This document shows, piece after piece, positions 20,025 to 29,985 of a stretch of 64,000 nucleotides of DNA. The translations under genes were made by a program, and so were the position numbers. Location of the stretch: positions 1,424,429 through 1,488,428 of the forward strand of contig JAVKHP010000001.1 in the NCBI GenBank assembly GCA_031459855.1. The letters run 5' to 3'. The stretch is from Candidatus Fervidifonticultor primus (GTDB lineage: Bacteria > Sysuimicrobiota > Sysuimicrobiia > Sysuimicrobiales > Humicultoraceae). Position 1 is the first letter of the stretch. The number at the start of each line of letters is the position of its first letter. The notes under the pieces were generated by a model that searched no databases, was not told where the DNA came from, and worked only from the letters and a program-made list of their open reading frames with translations.

Positions 20025-21038
20025 TCACCCCGCGAGCAACTGGGCCGGGTTGCGCCGGCCCATCAGGTCCAGCTCCCGGTCGGTGATGCCGTGCGCCCGC
20101 AGCTCCCGCACGAAGGCCAGGAAGCCCTCTGCCGGCGTCAGGCACGGAGAAGCGCCCAGGTCGCTGGCCAGGATGCAGCGCTCGGCGCCCACGGCTTTGA
20201 TCGCGGCCGCCATCTGCGCGACGGACACCCCGCGCCACCCGCGGAAGCGTTCCACGGGCGACTGCGGGCCGAGGAACACGCCGATGTACGCGTGCTCGAT
20301 GTAGGCGCCCAGCCGGGCCGCCTCGCGCTGGTCCTCGATGCTCATGTTGATGGGATCGTAGTCGGCGTGGGTGCAGACGATCCGCTCGACGCCCGCCGCC
20401 CGGGCTTCCCGGATCAGCGCGAGCGCCTCGGGCGCGGAGAGGTGGCTGGTCTGCAGCACCAGCCCGTGGGCGGCGCACAGCGCCAGGATCTCCCGCATGG
20501 CTGGCACGAGCCGGGTACCGTCGAACACGTCGACGCCGGGCTGCGCGATGCCGAACCGCTCGTGGTGGTTGCGGGCGTTGATGCTGGGCAACCACACCAC
20601 CCGTCCCAGCCGCTCCGCGCCGGCGCCACGGAACGCCAGCATCGCCTCGACGGCCGCAGGGTTGATGCCGCCCATGGGCCAGTTGAGGACCACCCCGCCG
20701 AACACCTGGAGCCCGTCCACCGCGGCCCGAGCCTGCGCCGCCCGGGTCACGGTCTCGAACGCGCCGCCCTTGAGCACGATCGCGCGCATGCCCAGCGCCC
20801 GGGCCGCGCGCGCGGCCTCCACCGCGTCCACGGTGCGGTCGAAGTTGTCGGGCGCGGTGTGCACGTGGAAGTCGATCATCCCTTCGGTCTCGTCCCGCAC
20901 CGCCTGCAGGCGCTCGGCCTGCTCCTCGGCCGCGGGCGCCGCGTGGAGGACAGGCGCCGCGGAAGCCGGGGCGCACCCCAGCGCCCGGGCGCGCGCAACG
21001 TGCGCAACAGGAACGCAGGCTGCAGCACCCCAGCACAT
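20025..21038 (-). CDS. secreted metal-dependent TIM-barrel hydrolase (amidohydrolase-like) of uncertain specificity
   Basis: ORF 20025..21410 trimmed to MCWGAAACVPVAHV... (signal peptide); DFHVHT metal-binding start and amidohydrolase-like C-terminal region; upstream ORF part is Gly/Arg low complexity. Confidence 0.6.
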   Translation of the reverse strand: MCWGAAACVPVAHVARARALGCAPASAAPVLHAAPAAEEQAERLQAVRDETEGMIDFHVHTAPDNFDRTVDAVEAARAARALGMRAIVLKGGAFETVTRAAQARAAVDGLQVFGGVVLNWPMGGINPAAVEAMLAFRGAGAERLGRVVWLPSINARNHHERFGIAQPGVDVFDGTRLVPAMREILALCAAHGLVLQTSHLSAPEALALIREARAAGVERIVCTHADYDPINMSIEDQREAARLGAYIEHAYIGVFLGPQSPVERFRGWRGVSVAQMAAAIKAVGAERCILASDLGASPCLTPAEGFLAFVRELRAHGITDRELDLMGRRNPAQLLAG

Positions 21039-21049
21039 CGCCAGCCGCC

Positions 21050-21469
21050 TCAGGCCGTCCCGTCGGGCCCTGCGGTCGCGACCCGCGCCGCGACGTCCGC
21101 CGGCGCCACGGCCAGCGCCTCGATCTCGACGCGCGCGTCCGGCACCACCAGGGCCGCCACCTGCACCGTGGTGCTGGCCACCTGGTGGTCGCCCAAAACT
21201 TCGCGCTGGACCGCGTTGAGCTCGTCCTGCTCGCGCATGTCGGTGAGGTAGCGCGTCACCTTCACCACGTGCCGCCAGGTCAACCCCAGGGCGTCCAGGG
21301 AGAGCTGGATGTTCTGGAAGACCCGCCGGGCCTGGTCGCGCATGGCCGGCGGCAGCACGTGCTCCTCCGGTACGTGCGGGTGGTGGTGGTACACGGGCGA
21401 GGCGTGGCACCCCGAGATCAGGACCAGCGCCGCCCCGGGCGGGACCACCACCGCGGGCGCGTAGGGCAT
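21050..21469 (-). CDS. RidA/YjgF family reactive-intermediate deaminase
   Basis: ORF 21050..21526 trimmed to MPYAPAVVVPPGAALVLISG...; YjgF/chorismate-mutase-like fold. Confidence 0.75.
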   Translation of the reverse strand: MPYAPAVVVPPGAALVLISGCHASPVYHHHPHVPEEHVLPPAMRDQARRVFQNIQLSLDALGLTWRHVVKVTRYLTDMREQDELNAVQREVLGDHQVASTTVQVAALVVPDARVEIEALAVAPADVAARVATAGPDGTA

Positions 21470-21527
21470 CGTCACCTTGCCCCGCAGCGGATGGGGCGGG
21501 AACACGGGGATGCCGTACTCGGGCACG

Positions 21528-22235
21528 TCAACTCACCCCCAGGTAGGCTTCCTGGACCTGCCGGTCGCGCAACAGCTCCTCGCGCGTGCCCTGGACGACG
21601 ATGCGGCCACGGTCCATGACCGCCGCGCGGTCGGCCGCCGCCAGGGCCCGGATCGCGTTCTGCTCGACGAGGAGCACCGACGTGCCCAGGCGTCGGACGT
21701 CCTCCACGAACCCGAACACGACGTCGGCCATCACCGGCGCCAGCCCCAGCGACGGTTCGTCCATCAGCAGCAGCTTCGGGCGGCTCATGAGCGCCCTGCC
21801 GATGGCGAGCATCTGCTGTTCGCCGCCGCTGAGGGTGCCTGCCCGCTGGCCCAGGCGCTCGCGCAGCCGCGGGAACAGCGCCAGGACCTGGTCCAGCGTC
21901 TCGCGCGCCCGACCGCGCGCCCGCCGGGCGAACGCACCCAGTTCCAGGTTCTCCCGCACCGTCAGGTCCGCGAACACCCTGCGTCCCTCGGGGACCACGG
22001 CGATGCCGCGCTCGCACACCTGTTCCGGCGGCAACCCCGTGATGGGCTCGTCCAGGAACTCCACGACCCCCCGCCAGGGCCGCACCCACCCCGCGATGCT
22101 CTTCACCAGCGTGCTCTTGCCCACGCCGTTGGGCCCCAGGACGGCCACCACCTCGCCGTCGCCCACGGTCAGGCTCACCCCGTCCAGAGCGCGGGCCTCG
22201 CCGTAGCGCACGTCCAGGTCGCGGACCTTAAGCAT
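21528..22235 (-). CDS. livF: branched-chain amino acid ABC transporter ATP-binding protein LivF (second system)
   Basis: Walker A GPNGVGKST, LSGGEQQ. Confidence 0.85.
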   Translation of the reverse strand: MLKVRDLDVRYGEARALDGVSLTVGDGEVVAVLGPNGVGKSTLVKSIAGWVRPWRGVVEFLDEPITGLPPEQVCERGIAVVPEGRRVFADLTVRENLELGAFARRARGRARETLDQVLALFPRLRERLGQRAGTLSGGEQQMLAIGRALMSRPKLLLMDEPSLGLAPVMADVVFGFVEDVRRLGTSVLLVEQNAIRALAAADRAAVMDRGRIVVQGTREELLRDRQVQEAYLGVS

Positions 22236-22971
22236 GGCCGCCGTGGCTTCCCAGGTACGCCGCGCGCACGCGTTCGTCGCGCAGCACGTCTTCGGGGGCG
22301 CCTTCCGCGAGCACCGTGCCCTCGTGCAACACCACGATCCGGTCGGCCAGCGTCCGCACCGCCTTCACGTTGTGCTCGACCACCAGGAGGGCGACGCCCA
22401 TGGCCCGGATGGTGCGGATCGCATCCAGCACCCGCTCGATCTCGGCAGGCGTCAACCCCGCCAGCACCTCGTCGGCGAGGATGATCCGCGGGTGGCTCGC
22501 GAGCGCCCGGGCGAGCTCCAACAGGCGGCGTTCCTGCAGCGTCAGGCGGTGCACGGGATGCGGGGCCGCACGGTCCATGCCCAGCAGGTGCAGCCACCGC
22601 TGCGCTGCGCCCTGTGCGTCCGCCGGTGCCCTGCCGCCGTCGCCCGCGCCGAACAGCGCTCCCACCGCCACGTTGTCCTGGGCGCTCATCGAGCCGAACG
22701 GCCGGGGGTGCTGGTACGTGCGGGCCAGCCCCATGGCGGCCCGGCGGTGCGGGGCCAGGCCGGTGATGTCGACGCCGCGGAACAGCAACGTCCCCGCATC
22801 AGCGCGGTAGTACCCTGCGGTCACGTTGATCAGCGTCGACTTCCCCGACCCGTTGGGGCCGATGAGCCCGACGGTCTCGCCCTCGCCGACCGCCAGCGAC
22901 ACACCCCGCAGCGCGCGCACGCCGCCGAAGTTCTTGCGCACGTCGCGCACCTGCAACAGCGGGTCAGCCAC
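22228..22971 (-). CDS. livG: branched-chain amino acid ABC transporter ATP-binding protein LivG (second system)
   Basis: Walker A GPNGSGKST, LTLQERRLLELARAL; GTG start; 8-nt overlap with livF. Confidence 0.85.
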   Translation of the reverse strand: MADPLLQVRDVRKNFGGVRALRGVSLAVGEGETVGLIGPNGSGKSTLINVTAGYYRADAGTLLFRGVDITGLAPHRRAAMGLARTYQHPRPFGSMSAQDNVAVGALFGAGDGGRAPADAQGAAQRWLHLLGMDRAAPHPVHRLTLQERRLLELARALASHPRIILADEVLAGLTPAEIERVLDAIRTIRAMGVALLVVEHNVKAVRTLADRIVVLHEGTVLAEGAPEDVLRDERVRAAYLGSHGGHA

Positions 22972-24091
22972 CGGTGACCTCCACCCCTCGCTGTCGCCTG
23001 GCCGGCCAGCGGCCGCCGCTCAGCCGTGCCGGGGCCACCAGCACCACCATGAAGGCGCCCACGCCGAGGGCCACCGCGTCCAGCAGCCCGGTCCCCGCGG
23101 CGGCGGCCATCCCCAGGGCCGCCAGCCCCACCGCCCCCGCCACGGCCCCGCGCTCGCGCAGCCGGCCGTAGATGCCCTCGGGCAGCGCGGCCACCACCAC
23201 CATGAGCAGCAGGCCCATGAGCACCTCGCTCACCGTGCCCAGGCCCGGACCGCTGAGGCGGTCGTTGATCGCGTGCACCACGCCCGCGCCCAGCACCGGT
23301 CCCAGCCAGTGCCGCCGGCCGCCCAGCACGCACATCATGATCACCAGCAGCGGCACGCGCAGGGAGAACACCGCGTCGGCCGTCACGTAGCGGACCTGGA
23401 GCGCGTGCAGCCCGCCGCTCAGGCCGGCGACGGCGCCGCTCAGCACCAGGGCCGCCATCTTGTAGGCGAACGTCGGCACGCCCAGGCCTTCCGCGACCGG
23501 CTCGTCGTCGTGGATCGCCCGCAGTCCCCAACCGTGTCGGCTGCGATAGGTCCACCATCCGATCCCCACGGCTACCAGGCCCACGAGCAGCCCGGCGTAG
23601 TACAGGAACTGCACGTCCGCCAGGCCAAACGGATAGACGAGCTTGGGCAACGGAATCCCGCGTCCGCCGTCCAGGTAGCCCACGTTGTTCACCAGGCTGT
23701 GCAGTGCCACCGCGACCGCCAGGGTCACCAGGGCGAACACGGGCCCGCGGATCTGCCGCAGGCGGAACACCACCAGGCCGATCCCGCAGGCGACGGCTGC
23801 GCTCGCCGCGGCGCCCGCCAGGATCGCCAGACCGTAGGGCACCCCGTGCCGGTCGATCAACACCGCCGCCCCGTACACGCCCGCGCCGTAGAAGGCGCCC
23901 TGGCCGAAGCTGAAGTAGCCGGCGTATCCGGAGATCACGTTCCAGCTGGTGGCCTGCGCCGCCCAGAAGAAGAAGAAGTACAGGAAGACCAGGTAGTAGG
24001 CCGGCAGGCCCAGGCGGTGGACCGCGACGGGCACGGCCAGCAGCGCCGCCACGGCAGCACCCATCGCCCAGCCCGCCCGTGACCGCCTCAT
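22964..24091 (-). CDS. livM: branched-chain amino acid ABC transporter permease LivM (second system)
   Basis: ORF 22964..24637 trimmed to MRRSRAGWAMGAAVAALL...; ATG overlaps livH stop (ATGA). Confidence 0.8.
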   Translation of the reverse strand: MRRSRAGWAMGAAVAALLAVPVAVHRLGLPAYYLVFLYFFFFWAAQATSWNVISGYAGYFSFGQGAFYGAGVYGAAVLIDRHGVPYGLAILAGAAASAAVACGIGLVVFRLRQIRGPVFALVTLAVAVALHSLVNNVGYLDGGRGIPLPKLVYPFGLADVQFLYYAGLLVGLVAVGIGWWTYRSRHGWGLRAIHDDEPVAEGLGVPTFAYKMAALVLSGAVAGLSGGLHALQVRYVTADAVFSLRVPLLVIMMCVLGGRRHWLGPVLGAGVVHAINDRLSGPGLGTVSEVLMGLLLMVVVAALPEGIYGRLRERGAVAGAVGLAALGMAAAAGTGLLDAVALGVGAFMVVLVAPARLSGGRWPARRQRGVEVTGG

Positions 24092-24966
24092 CCGTCCCGC
24101 CGCACCAGCGCGCTGGGGAGCAGGCCTTCCGGGCGCACCAGCAGGCCTGCCAGCAACGCGCAGGCGCCGACCAGCCGTGCGACCGCGGTGGCGCCCAGCG
24201 CCTGCGCGATGGCCTCGCCCACGCCGATGACCATCCCGCCCAGGACGACACCCGCGGGGTTGCCGATGCCCCCGAGGATGACCGCGGCGAACAGCAGGCC
24301 GATCCACTGCTCGGCCGCGTTGGGGTAGAGCGCGTGGTTCATCGCGATCAGCACCCCGGCGACCCCGGCGGTAGCGCCCCCGAGCGCCGCCATCAGCAGG
24401 CGCAGCCGCTCCACGTCGGCGCCGCACGCCCGCGCCATCTCCTCGTCGGACACCGCGGCCCGCAGCGCCCTGCCCGGGTACGTGGCCCGCAGCCACACGG
24501 CCACGGCCACGGCGACGAGCATCGCCACGGTGAACGACAGCACCTGGGTGATCGGCAGCGCCAGCTCGCCCAGAGCGAGCGCGCCGGCGGCGTAGGGGTT
24601 CTGGGCCACGGGGATGCGGCGGTAGTCGGCCGTCCACACCATCTTGGAGAGGCCCTCGAAGACCACCAGGACCCCGAACGTGAAGACCAGCGAGCGGGCC
24701 GCGTCCAGGCGCAGGCGGCGCATCAGGAAGCGCCAGCCGGCACCCGCGGCAGCGCCCAGCGGCGCCACCACCAGCAGCACCGCCAGCGGGTCCATCCCGC
24801 GGGTCGCGAGCTCGTAGGTGACGTACCCGAACCCGAAGATGAACGCGAAGTGCGCGAAGTCGATGGTGTCGAGGAACCCCCAGGCCAGCGTGAGGCCCAG
24901 CGCCAGGAGGGCGTAGAACCCGCCCATCAGGATCCCCGACGCGCCGGCCTGCACCAGTTCGAGCAT
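24088..24966 (-). CDS. livH: branched-chain amino acid ABC transporter permease LivH (second system)
   Basis: 292-aa LivH-family permease. Confidence 0.85.
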   Translation of the reverse strand: MLELVQAGASGILMGGFYALLALGLTLAWGFLDTIDFAHFAFIFGFGYVTYELATRGMDPLAVLLVVAPLGAAAGAGWRFLMRRLRLDAARSLVFTFGVLVVFEGLSKMVWTADYRRIPVAQNPYAAGALALGELALPITQVLSFTVAMLVAVAVAVWLRATYPGRALRAAVSDEEMARACGADVERLRLLMAALGGATAGVAGVLIAMNHALYPNAAEQWIGLLFAAVILGGIGNPAGVVLGGMVIGVGEAIAQALGATAVARLVGACALLAGLLVRPEGLLPSALVRRDG

Positions 24967-25146
24967 GGGACGTGCCCTCAGCCGGCCGGGTGCGTCACCC
25001 GCACGGGACGCCTGCGGGGGCCGCGCGGGCGGTTCCCCGCCCGCGCGGCCCCGTGCTCTTGCCGCAGCGCGCGGCGGTCACCGGGGCTGCCGGTACGACG
25101 GCGGCCACGACGGACACGGTGACCTCCCTGCCGCAGCGCGCGGCCC

Positions 25147-26385
25147 TCACCGCAGCTGCCGGCCTTCCGCGGCCATCGACTGCGGCCAGACCGCCCACCA
25201 CCGGCCGTCCTGGATCTGCATCACGGCCTGGATGTCGTCGCCGTAGTTCTGCTGCTGCCGGTCGAACCGCAGCATGCCCTGGACCGTGGGCACGGGCTTG
25301 GAGAGCAGCACCTCGGCGATCGTCGCGTGGTCCAGGCAGCGGCACTCCTGTACCCCGAAGGTCAGGACCTGCCAGGCCGACCACGAGGCCGCGGACTGCA
25401 CGTCGGGTTCGCTGTAGGCCAGCCCGGTGGCCTTGGCCCACGCGCGGTAGCGGTTGACGAAGTCCCGCGCCCCCGGGTACGAGAGGTAGGGCTCGTGGGG
25501 CACGAAGATCGTCACGCTGGTGGCGCGGTCGGTGAGTGGCAGCGCCGCCAGCATCGCGCCCGGCGACGGCCACTGGTGGAAGTGGTGTCGGGGCCGCCAG
25601 CCCAGCTGGGCCAGGGCCTGGAGCAGGTTCACGCCGTCCAGTGCCAACCCGGCGACGTAGAGGAGGTCGGGGTTGGCGCGCCGCACCTGCTGGGCGATCG
25701 GCACCCAGTCGGTGGTGCCGAGGTCGAACGAGAGGTCCAGCACCGTCCGCAGCCCCTTCTGCTCGGCGACGCGCACCGCCCCGCCGGCGTTCTGCCGCCC
25801 GTACGCCAGGAACTGGGTGCCGGGGAACTTGTTCACCACGAAGCCGACGGTCTGCGGCCGTCGGCTACCCGGCAGGCTGCGGTAGGCGTCGAACACCTTG
25901 GCCGGGGTCGTCATGTGGGTATTGAGGCCCACGTACCACGTCGGGAAGTGCCGCCGGTAGGTGTAGGCGTAGGTCAGGCTCGCGGTGTGGTGGGGGAACA
26001 CGTAGCCGTACTTCTCGGCCACCCGCATCGCCGCCGTGATGGATGCGGTGCCGTACGGCCCGATGATCAGGTCGACCTTGTCCTCGGTGATGAGGCGCTC
26101 GTAGAGGGCCGCGGCCTTGTCGGGCTGCGACTCGTCGTCGAGCAGCACCCACTCCAGCTGTCGGCCGAGCAGGCCGCCCTTCTCGTTGGTCATCTGCACG
26201 AAGGCCCGGCCTGCGGCCTCGTGCACCTTGCCCTGTGCGGCGAACACCCCGGTGAGGGGCAGCGTCCCGCCGACCCTGATCGGCCGGGGCTGGGCACTGG
26301 TCTGCGCCTGCAGCACCACCAGCGCCAGCACGACGCCCAGGGCGGCCCACGGTCCGACTGCCTTGCTCGCGTGCCTGACGTGCAT
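25147..26385 (-). CDS. branched-chain amino acid ABC transporter substrate-binding protein (second system)
   Basis: ORF 25147..27048 trimmed to MHVRHASKAVGPWAALGVVLALVVL (signal peptide); AGGAGGGGG RBS upstream of ATG 26385. Confidence 0.8.
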   Translation of the reverse strand: MHVRHASKAVGPWAALGVVLALVVLQAQTSAQPRPIRVGGTLPLTGVFAAQGKVHEAAGRAFVQMTNEKGGLLGRQLEWVLLDDESQPDKAAALYERLITEDKVDLIIGPYGTASITAAMRVAEKYGYVFPHHTASLTYAYTYRRHFPTWYVGLNTHMTTPAKVFDAYRSLPGSRRPQTVGFVVNKFPGTQFLAYGRQNAGGAVRVAEQKGLRTVLDLSFDLGTTDWVPIAQQVRRANPDLLYVAGLALDGVNLLQALAQLGWRPRHHFHQWPSPGAMLAALPLTDRATSVTIFVPHEPYLSYPGARDFVNRYRAWAKATGLAYSEPDVQSAASWSAWQVLTFGVQECRCLDHATIAEVLLSKPVPTVQGMLRFDRQQQNYGDDIQAVMQIQDGRWWAVWPQSMAAEGRQLR

Positions 26386-26438
26386 GGTCACGCACCCCCT
26401 CCTGCAGTCTGTACTGCGGTGTGGCCTGTCGTCGGTGC

Positions 26439-27362
26439 TCACGTCCCTGCCGTGGCCGATGGCGCCGCCAGCAGCTGCTCCAGGTAGTCCCACTCCCGGT
26501 TGAAGCGGTACGAGTGGTTCCGCGGCGGCTGCGGCGCCTGTGTCTCGATCCACCGGACTTTGCGGTTCGACCGGTTGTAGAAGGCGTGGATCGTCCCCAC
26601 GCCGGTCCAGAAGAAGTCGCCCGCTCGCAGCCGGTAGGTCTGCCCGTCGGCCACGGCGTCCACTTCCCCGTCGACGATCAGGTAGGCCTCCTCCAGCGGG
26701 TGGTCGTGCGGGTGCGCCACGCCCCCGGGCTCGTACTCGACCATGAACATCGTCAGCAGGTTGGCGTCCTGCCGCTGGTCCACCAGCATCTTGATCCCGA
26801 TGCCGCTGTAGACGAGCAGCGCCGTCACCATGCTGGGCGAGACCGTGGGAGCGTCCACCCGGCTCCCCCGGCGGGCGCTGTCCAGGTCCATCTGCCCCAG
26901 CTCGAAGTGGAAGAAGGACCGGCAGCGCGGGTCGCGGGCGTCCACGCGTCGGGGGGCGCCGGCCGTGCGCGGGGGCGGTGCAAAGAAGACATCGGCCGGC
27001 TCCCCGGGCTGTCGGGGACGCGGCGCCACCATCTCCACCCACGTGCACGGCTGCGCGCCGGGGTTGCGCAGGGCGTGGAGGGCGCCGACCGGAATCAGCC
27101 CGCCCTCGTCCTTGCCCAGGCGCACGGTCTCGCCGTGCAGCGTCAGCTCGAGCTCACCCTCGAGCACGTAGATGGCCTCCTCGTACGATTGGACGTGGGC
27201 GGCGACGTGCCCGCCGCCGTCCAGTTCGCACGCGGCAAACCCCATGTGCACGGACCCGGTCGTCCCGTCCACCAGCGACTGCCGGCGAAAGCCCGTGCTG
27301 TGCGCCGCGAAGCGCTCCGGCACGGTCATCTGCGTGCGGTCGATCCGTGTCACGCGATGCAT
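26439..27362 (-). CDS. bicupin protein (two cupin domains, both with His/Glu metal-site motifs)
   Basis: Cupin motifs GGGHVAAHVQSYEEAIYVLEG and GVAHPHDHPLEEAYLIVDGE. Confidence 0.7.
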   Translation of the reverse strand: MHRVTRIDRTQMTVPERFAAHSTGFRRQSLVDGTTGSVHMGFAACELDGGGHVAAHVQSYEEAIYVLEGELELTLHGETVRLGKDEGGLIPVGALHALRNPGAQPCTWVEMVAPRPRQPGEPADVFFAPPPRTAGAPRRVDARDPRCRSFFHFELGQMDLDSARRGSRVDAPTVSPSMVTALLVYSGIGIKMLVDQRQDANLLTMFMVEYEPGGVAHPHDHPLEEAYLIVDGEVDAVADGQTYRLRAGDFFWTGVGTIHAFYNRSNRKVRWIETQAPQPPRNHSYRFNREWDYLEQLLAAPSATAGT

Positions 27363-27533
27363 CCCGCCGTCGACCCTCCTCGTGCTCCGACGTGACGCCG
27401 GCGCGCCCGGCGCCAGCTCCTGATCACCCGTGAGCGCCCGTCCCTGTCGGCCCCCGCCGCGGCTGCCCGGACCGCTGGCGGTTATACCTCCGCCCTCGTC
27501 CGCCGTCGTCCGCCGGGGTCGACCACCGGGCCC

Positions 27534-28235
27534 CTAGCCGAAGACCCAGCCCCCGTCCACGTAGAGCTCGACCCCGTTGACCGCCGGGTTCTCCAGCAGG
27601 AACGCCACCGCGTCGACCACGTCCTGCATGCGCACCAGGCGGCCCGTGGGCGTCCGGGCCTTGACCCGGTCGAGCATGGCCTGGTTGTTGGCCCAGTAGG
27701 GACTATCGCCCACGATCCCGGGGTGGATGGCGTTCACCCGCACCGGCGCCAGCTCGGTGGCCAGGGTCCGCACCAGGCCCGACACGCCCGCATTGATCGT
27801 CGTGACGGTGGTCGAGCCCGGATAGGGACGTTCCTTCGCCAGACCGCCGAAGATGACGATGGCGCCATCGGTCGCGAGGCGGCTGTGGAGCGCATGGACG
27901 ACGGCGGTGTAGCCCACCAGTTTGAGGGTCACGAGGTTCAGAGCCCCCGCGACGTCGTACTCGCGCACGCTGTTCCGGTCGCGGTCGATCGCCGCCAGCA
28001 CCAGGCCGCTCACGGGGCCCACGTCGGCGAGGCGGCCCGCCACCTCGTGGGGGCGGGTGAGGTCGACGCCGACGCCGCGGACGGTGCTGCCCAGTTCGCG
28101 GGCGACCGCGCCCGCGCGGTCAGCGTCACGCCCCGAGATGATTACCGCGCGGCCCTGCCCCGCGTAGTGCCTGGCCACCTCCTTGCCGATGCCCGAAGTG
28201 CCGCCGATGACGACCACCGCGCCCGCCCGATCCAT
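27534..28235 (-). CDS. SDR family NAD(P)-dependent oxidoreductase
   Basis: N-terminal GGTSGIG cofactor motif; 233 aa. Confidence 0.8.
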   Translation of the reverse strand: MDRAGAVVVIGGTSGIGKEVARHYAGQGRAVIISGRDADRAGAVARELGSTVRGVGVDLTRPHEVAGRLADVGPVSGLVLAAIDRDRNSVREYDVAGALNLVTLKLVGYTAVVHALHSRLATDGAIVIFGGLAKERPYPGSTTVTTINAGVSGLVRTLATELAPVRVNAIHPGIVGDSPYWANNQAMLDRVKARTPTGRLVRMQDVVDAVAFLLENPAVNGVELYVDGGWVFG

Positions 28236-28567
28236 GCCTGCCCTCCTCTATGCGTAGCGCCTCGATGTGCGGCCGCGCGTCTTCGCTCTCCGCGACGGCC
28301 CGCCCTCCTCTATGCTGCAGCGCGTCGATGTGCGCAGGTCCTCGGCAGGGCACAGGTCCCTGGCAGTGTCCCGCAGGGTGTGCTGTGCCCCGCACGGCCT
28401 GTTGCCCGCGCCCGCGCGTCGTTCCACGGCCGGACGTTCGGTCCGTGGCCACGCGGACCGCCCGCTCTTTCCCCGGCCGCCCTGACCAATCCGCGCCACG
28501 GGTCTGTCAGACCAGCAGACGGTCCGACTTGTTAGCCAGCTGCACGCGGACTTCCTGCTCGGCCCGC

Positions 28568-29914
28568 TCAGATCTGCGGCAGCTGGAACCCCGAGGCGGC
28601 CACCACGTGGTCGCGGGAGGCGTAGGCCAGCCGCCGCAGGCGGTCCAGGTCCACCCCCAGCAGCTGGCCGTTGCGCTTGAGCGGGCGCCCGGCCACGAAG
28701 ACCGAGTCCACGTTGCCGGTATCCATCCCCCAGACCACCGCGCCGATCGGGTCGTTGACGGGGAAGACGTTGGGGCGGTCCATGCGGAGCATGATGATGT
28801 CGGCGTCCTTGCCCGGCGTCAGCGTGCCGATCCGGTCGGCCAGGCCGTTGGCGCGCGCGCCCTCCACGGTGGCGTACTCCAGCACGTCGCGCGTGGTGAT
28901 CGGCGCGGGTGCGGCCTCGTTGCCGGCCAGTCGCTGCTCGAACACCAGGGCGTGCTGCAGGGCGATCGTGGCGCGCATCTGGGTGAACATGTCGTTGGGC
29001 ACGTTGGTTTCGACGTCCACGCTCAGGCTGGGCCGCAGGCCCCGGTCCAGGAACCGCTGGATCGGCGGCATGCCGTGCCCCATCATCATCTCCACGGGGC
29101 AGGCCAGCGACACGGTGGCGCCCGAGTCCACGATCAGCTGGACCTCGGCGTCCTGCAGCGTGCAACAGTGGATGAAGGTGGTGTCCGGCCCGTACAGCCC
29201 TGTCTGGCCCACCGCGCCCACCTTGCCGTGGCGGCCGAACGTGCCGACGCCCACGTGGGCGGTGATGCGCGCGTCGAGCTCGCGGGCGAGCTGCCAGTCC
29301 GCCCGGCAGCCCTCCAGGGAGTCGAACTCGGGGCCGAAGACCGCCAGGGCCAGGGTCAACAGCTGGTCCTTGGACGCGAAGTACTGCGCCGCCGCCCGGC
29401 GAATCCACGTGGGGTGCTCCGGCTTGGGCGCTTCGAACCAGGGACGGCCGTAGGCGAAGACGGCGCGGATGCCCGACTCCCGCAGCGCGCTGACCGCCGC
29501 GTCGGTATGGTCCGGGGTGGTCTGGATGTGCGACCAGTCCAGGACCGTGGTGATGCCGGCGTCGATGCAGCCGATGGCGCTGACCAGGGTGCCGGCGTAG
29601 ACGTCCTCGGGGCGGTAGGCGGGCGCCAGGGTGTTCAGGACGAAGGCCAGGTAGCTGACCGGGCCCTCCAGCGGCACGTCGGTGCCGATGTTGCGCAGGA
29701 TGCCCTCCCAGCAGTGGCGGTGGGTGTCGATGAAGCCCGGCATGACGACCATCTGGGAGGCGTCGATCACCTCGGCGTCTGCGACCGCAAGGTGGGGCCC
29801 CACGGCGGCGATGCGCGAGCCCTCGATGAGCACGTCCCCCCGCGGGAAGTTGCCGATCTGCCGGTCGAGCGTGAGCACACACCCGCCCTGCAAGAGCGTG
29901 CGGCGCGCTGTCAT
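28568..29914 (-). CDS. amidohydrolase family protein (COG0402: cytosine/guanine deaminase, chlorohydrolase-like)
   Basis: ORF 28568..31018 trimmed to MTARRTLLQGGCVLTLD...; HxH motif (DTHRHCWEG), amidohydrolase-1 fold; upstream part of the ORF overlaps the real tctC gene in another frame. Confidence 0.8.
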   Translation of the reverse strand: MTARRTLLQGGCVLTLDRQIGNFPRGDVLIEGSRIAAVGPHLAVADAEVIDASQMVVMPGFIDTHRHCWEGILRNIGTDVPLEGPVSYLAFVLNTLAPAYRPEDVYAGTLVSAIGCIDAGITTVLDWSHIQTTPDHTDAAVSALRESGIRAVFAYGRPWFEAPKPEHPTWIRRAAAQYFASKDQLLTLALAVFGPEFDSLEGCRADWQLARELDARITAHVGVGTFGRHGKVGAVGQTGLYGPDTTFIHCCTLQDAEVQLIVDSGATVSLACPVEMMMGHGMPPIQRFLDRGLRPSLSVDVETNVPNDMFTQMRATIALQHALVFEQRLAGNEAAPAPITTRDVLEYATVEGARANGLADRIGTLTPGKDADIIMLRMDRPNVFPVNDPIGAVVWGMDTGNVDSVFVAGRPLKRNGQLLGVDLDRLRRLAYASRDHVVAASGFQLPQI

Positions 29915-29985
29915 CGTTGCTCCCCCCTTGGCGGATACTGGCGCCCGGCCCCGCCTCGACCCGCTCGCGCGGCGCCCCGGGCGCG

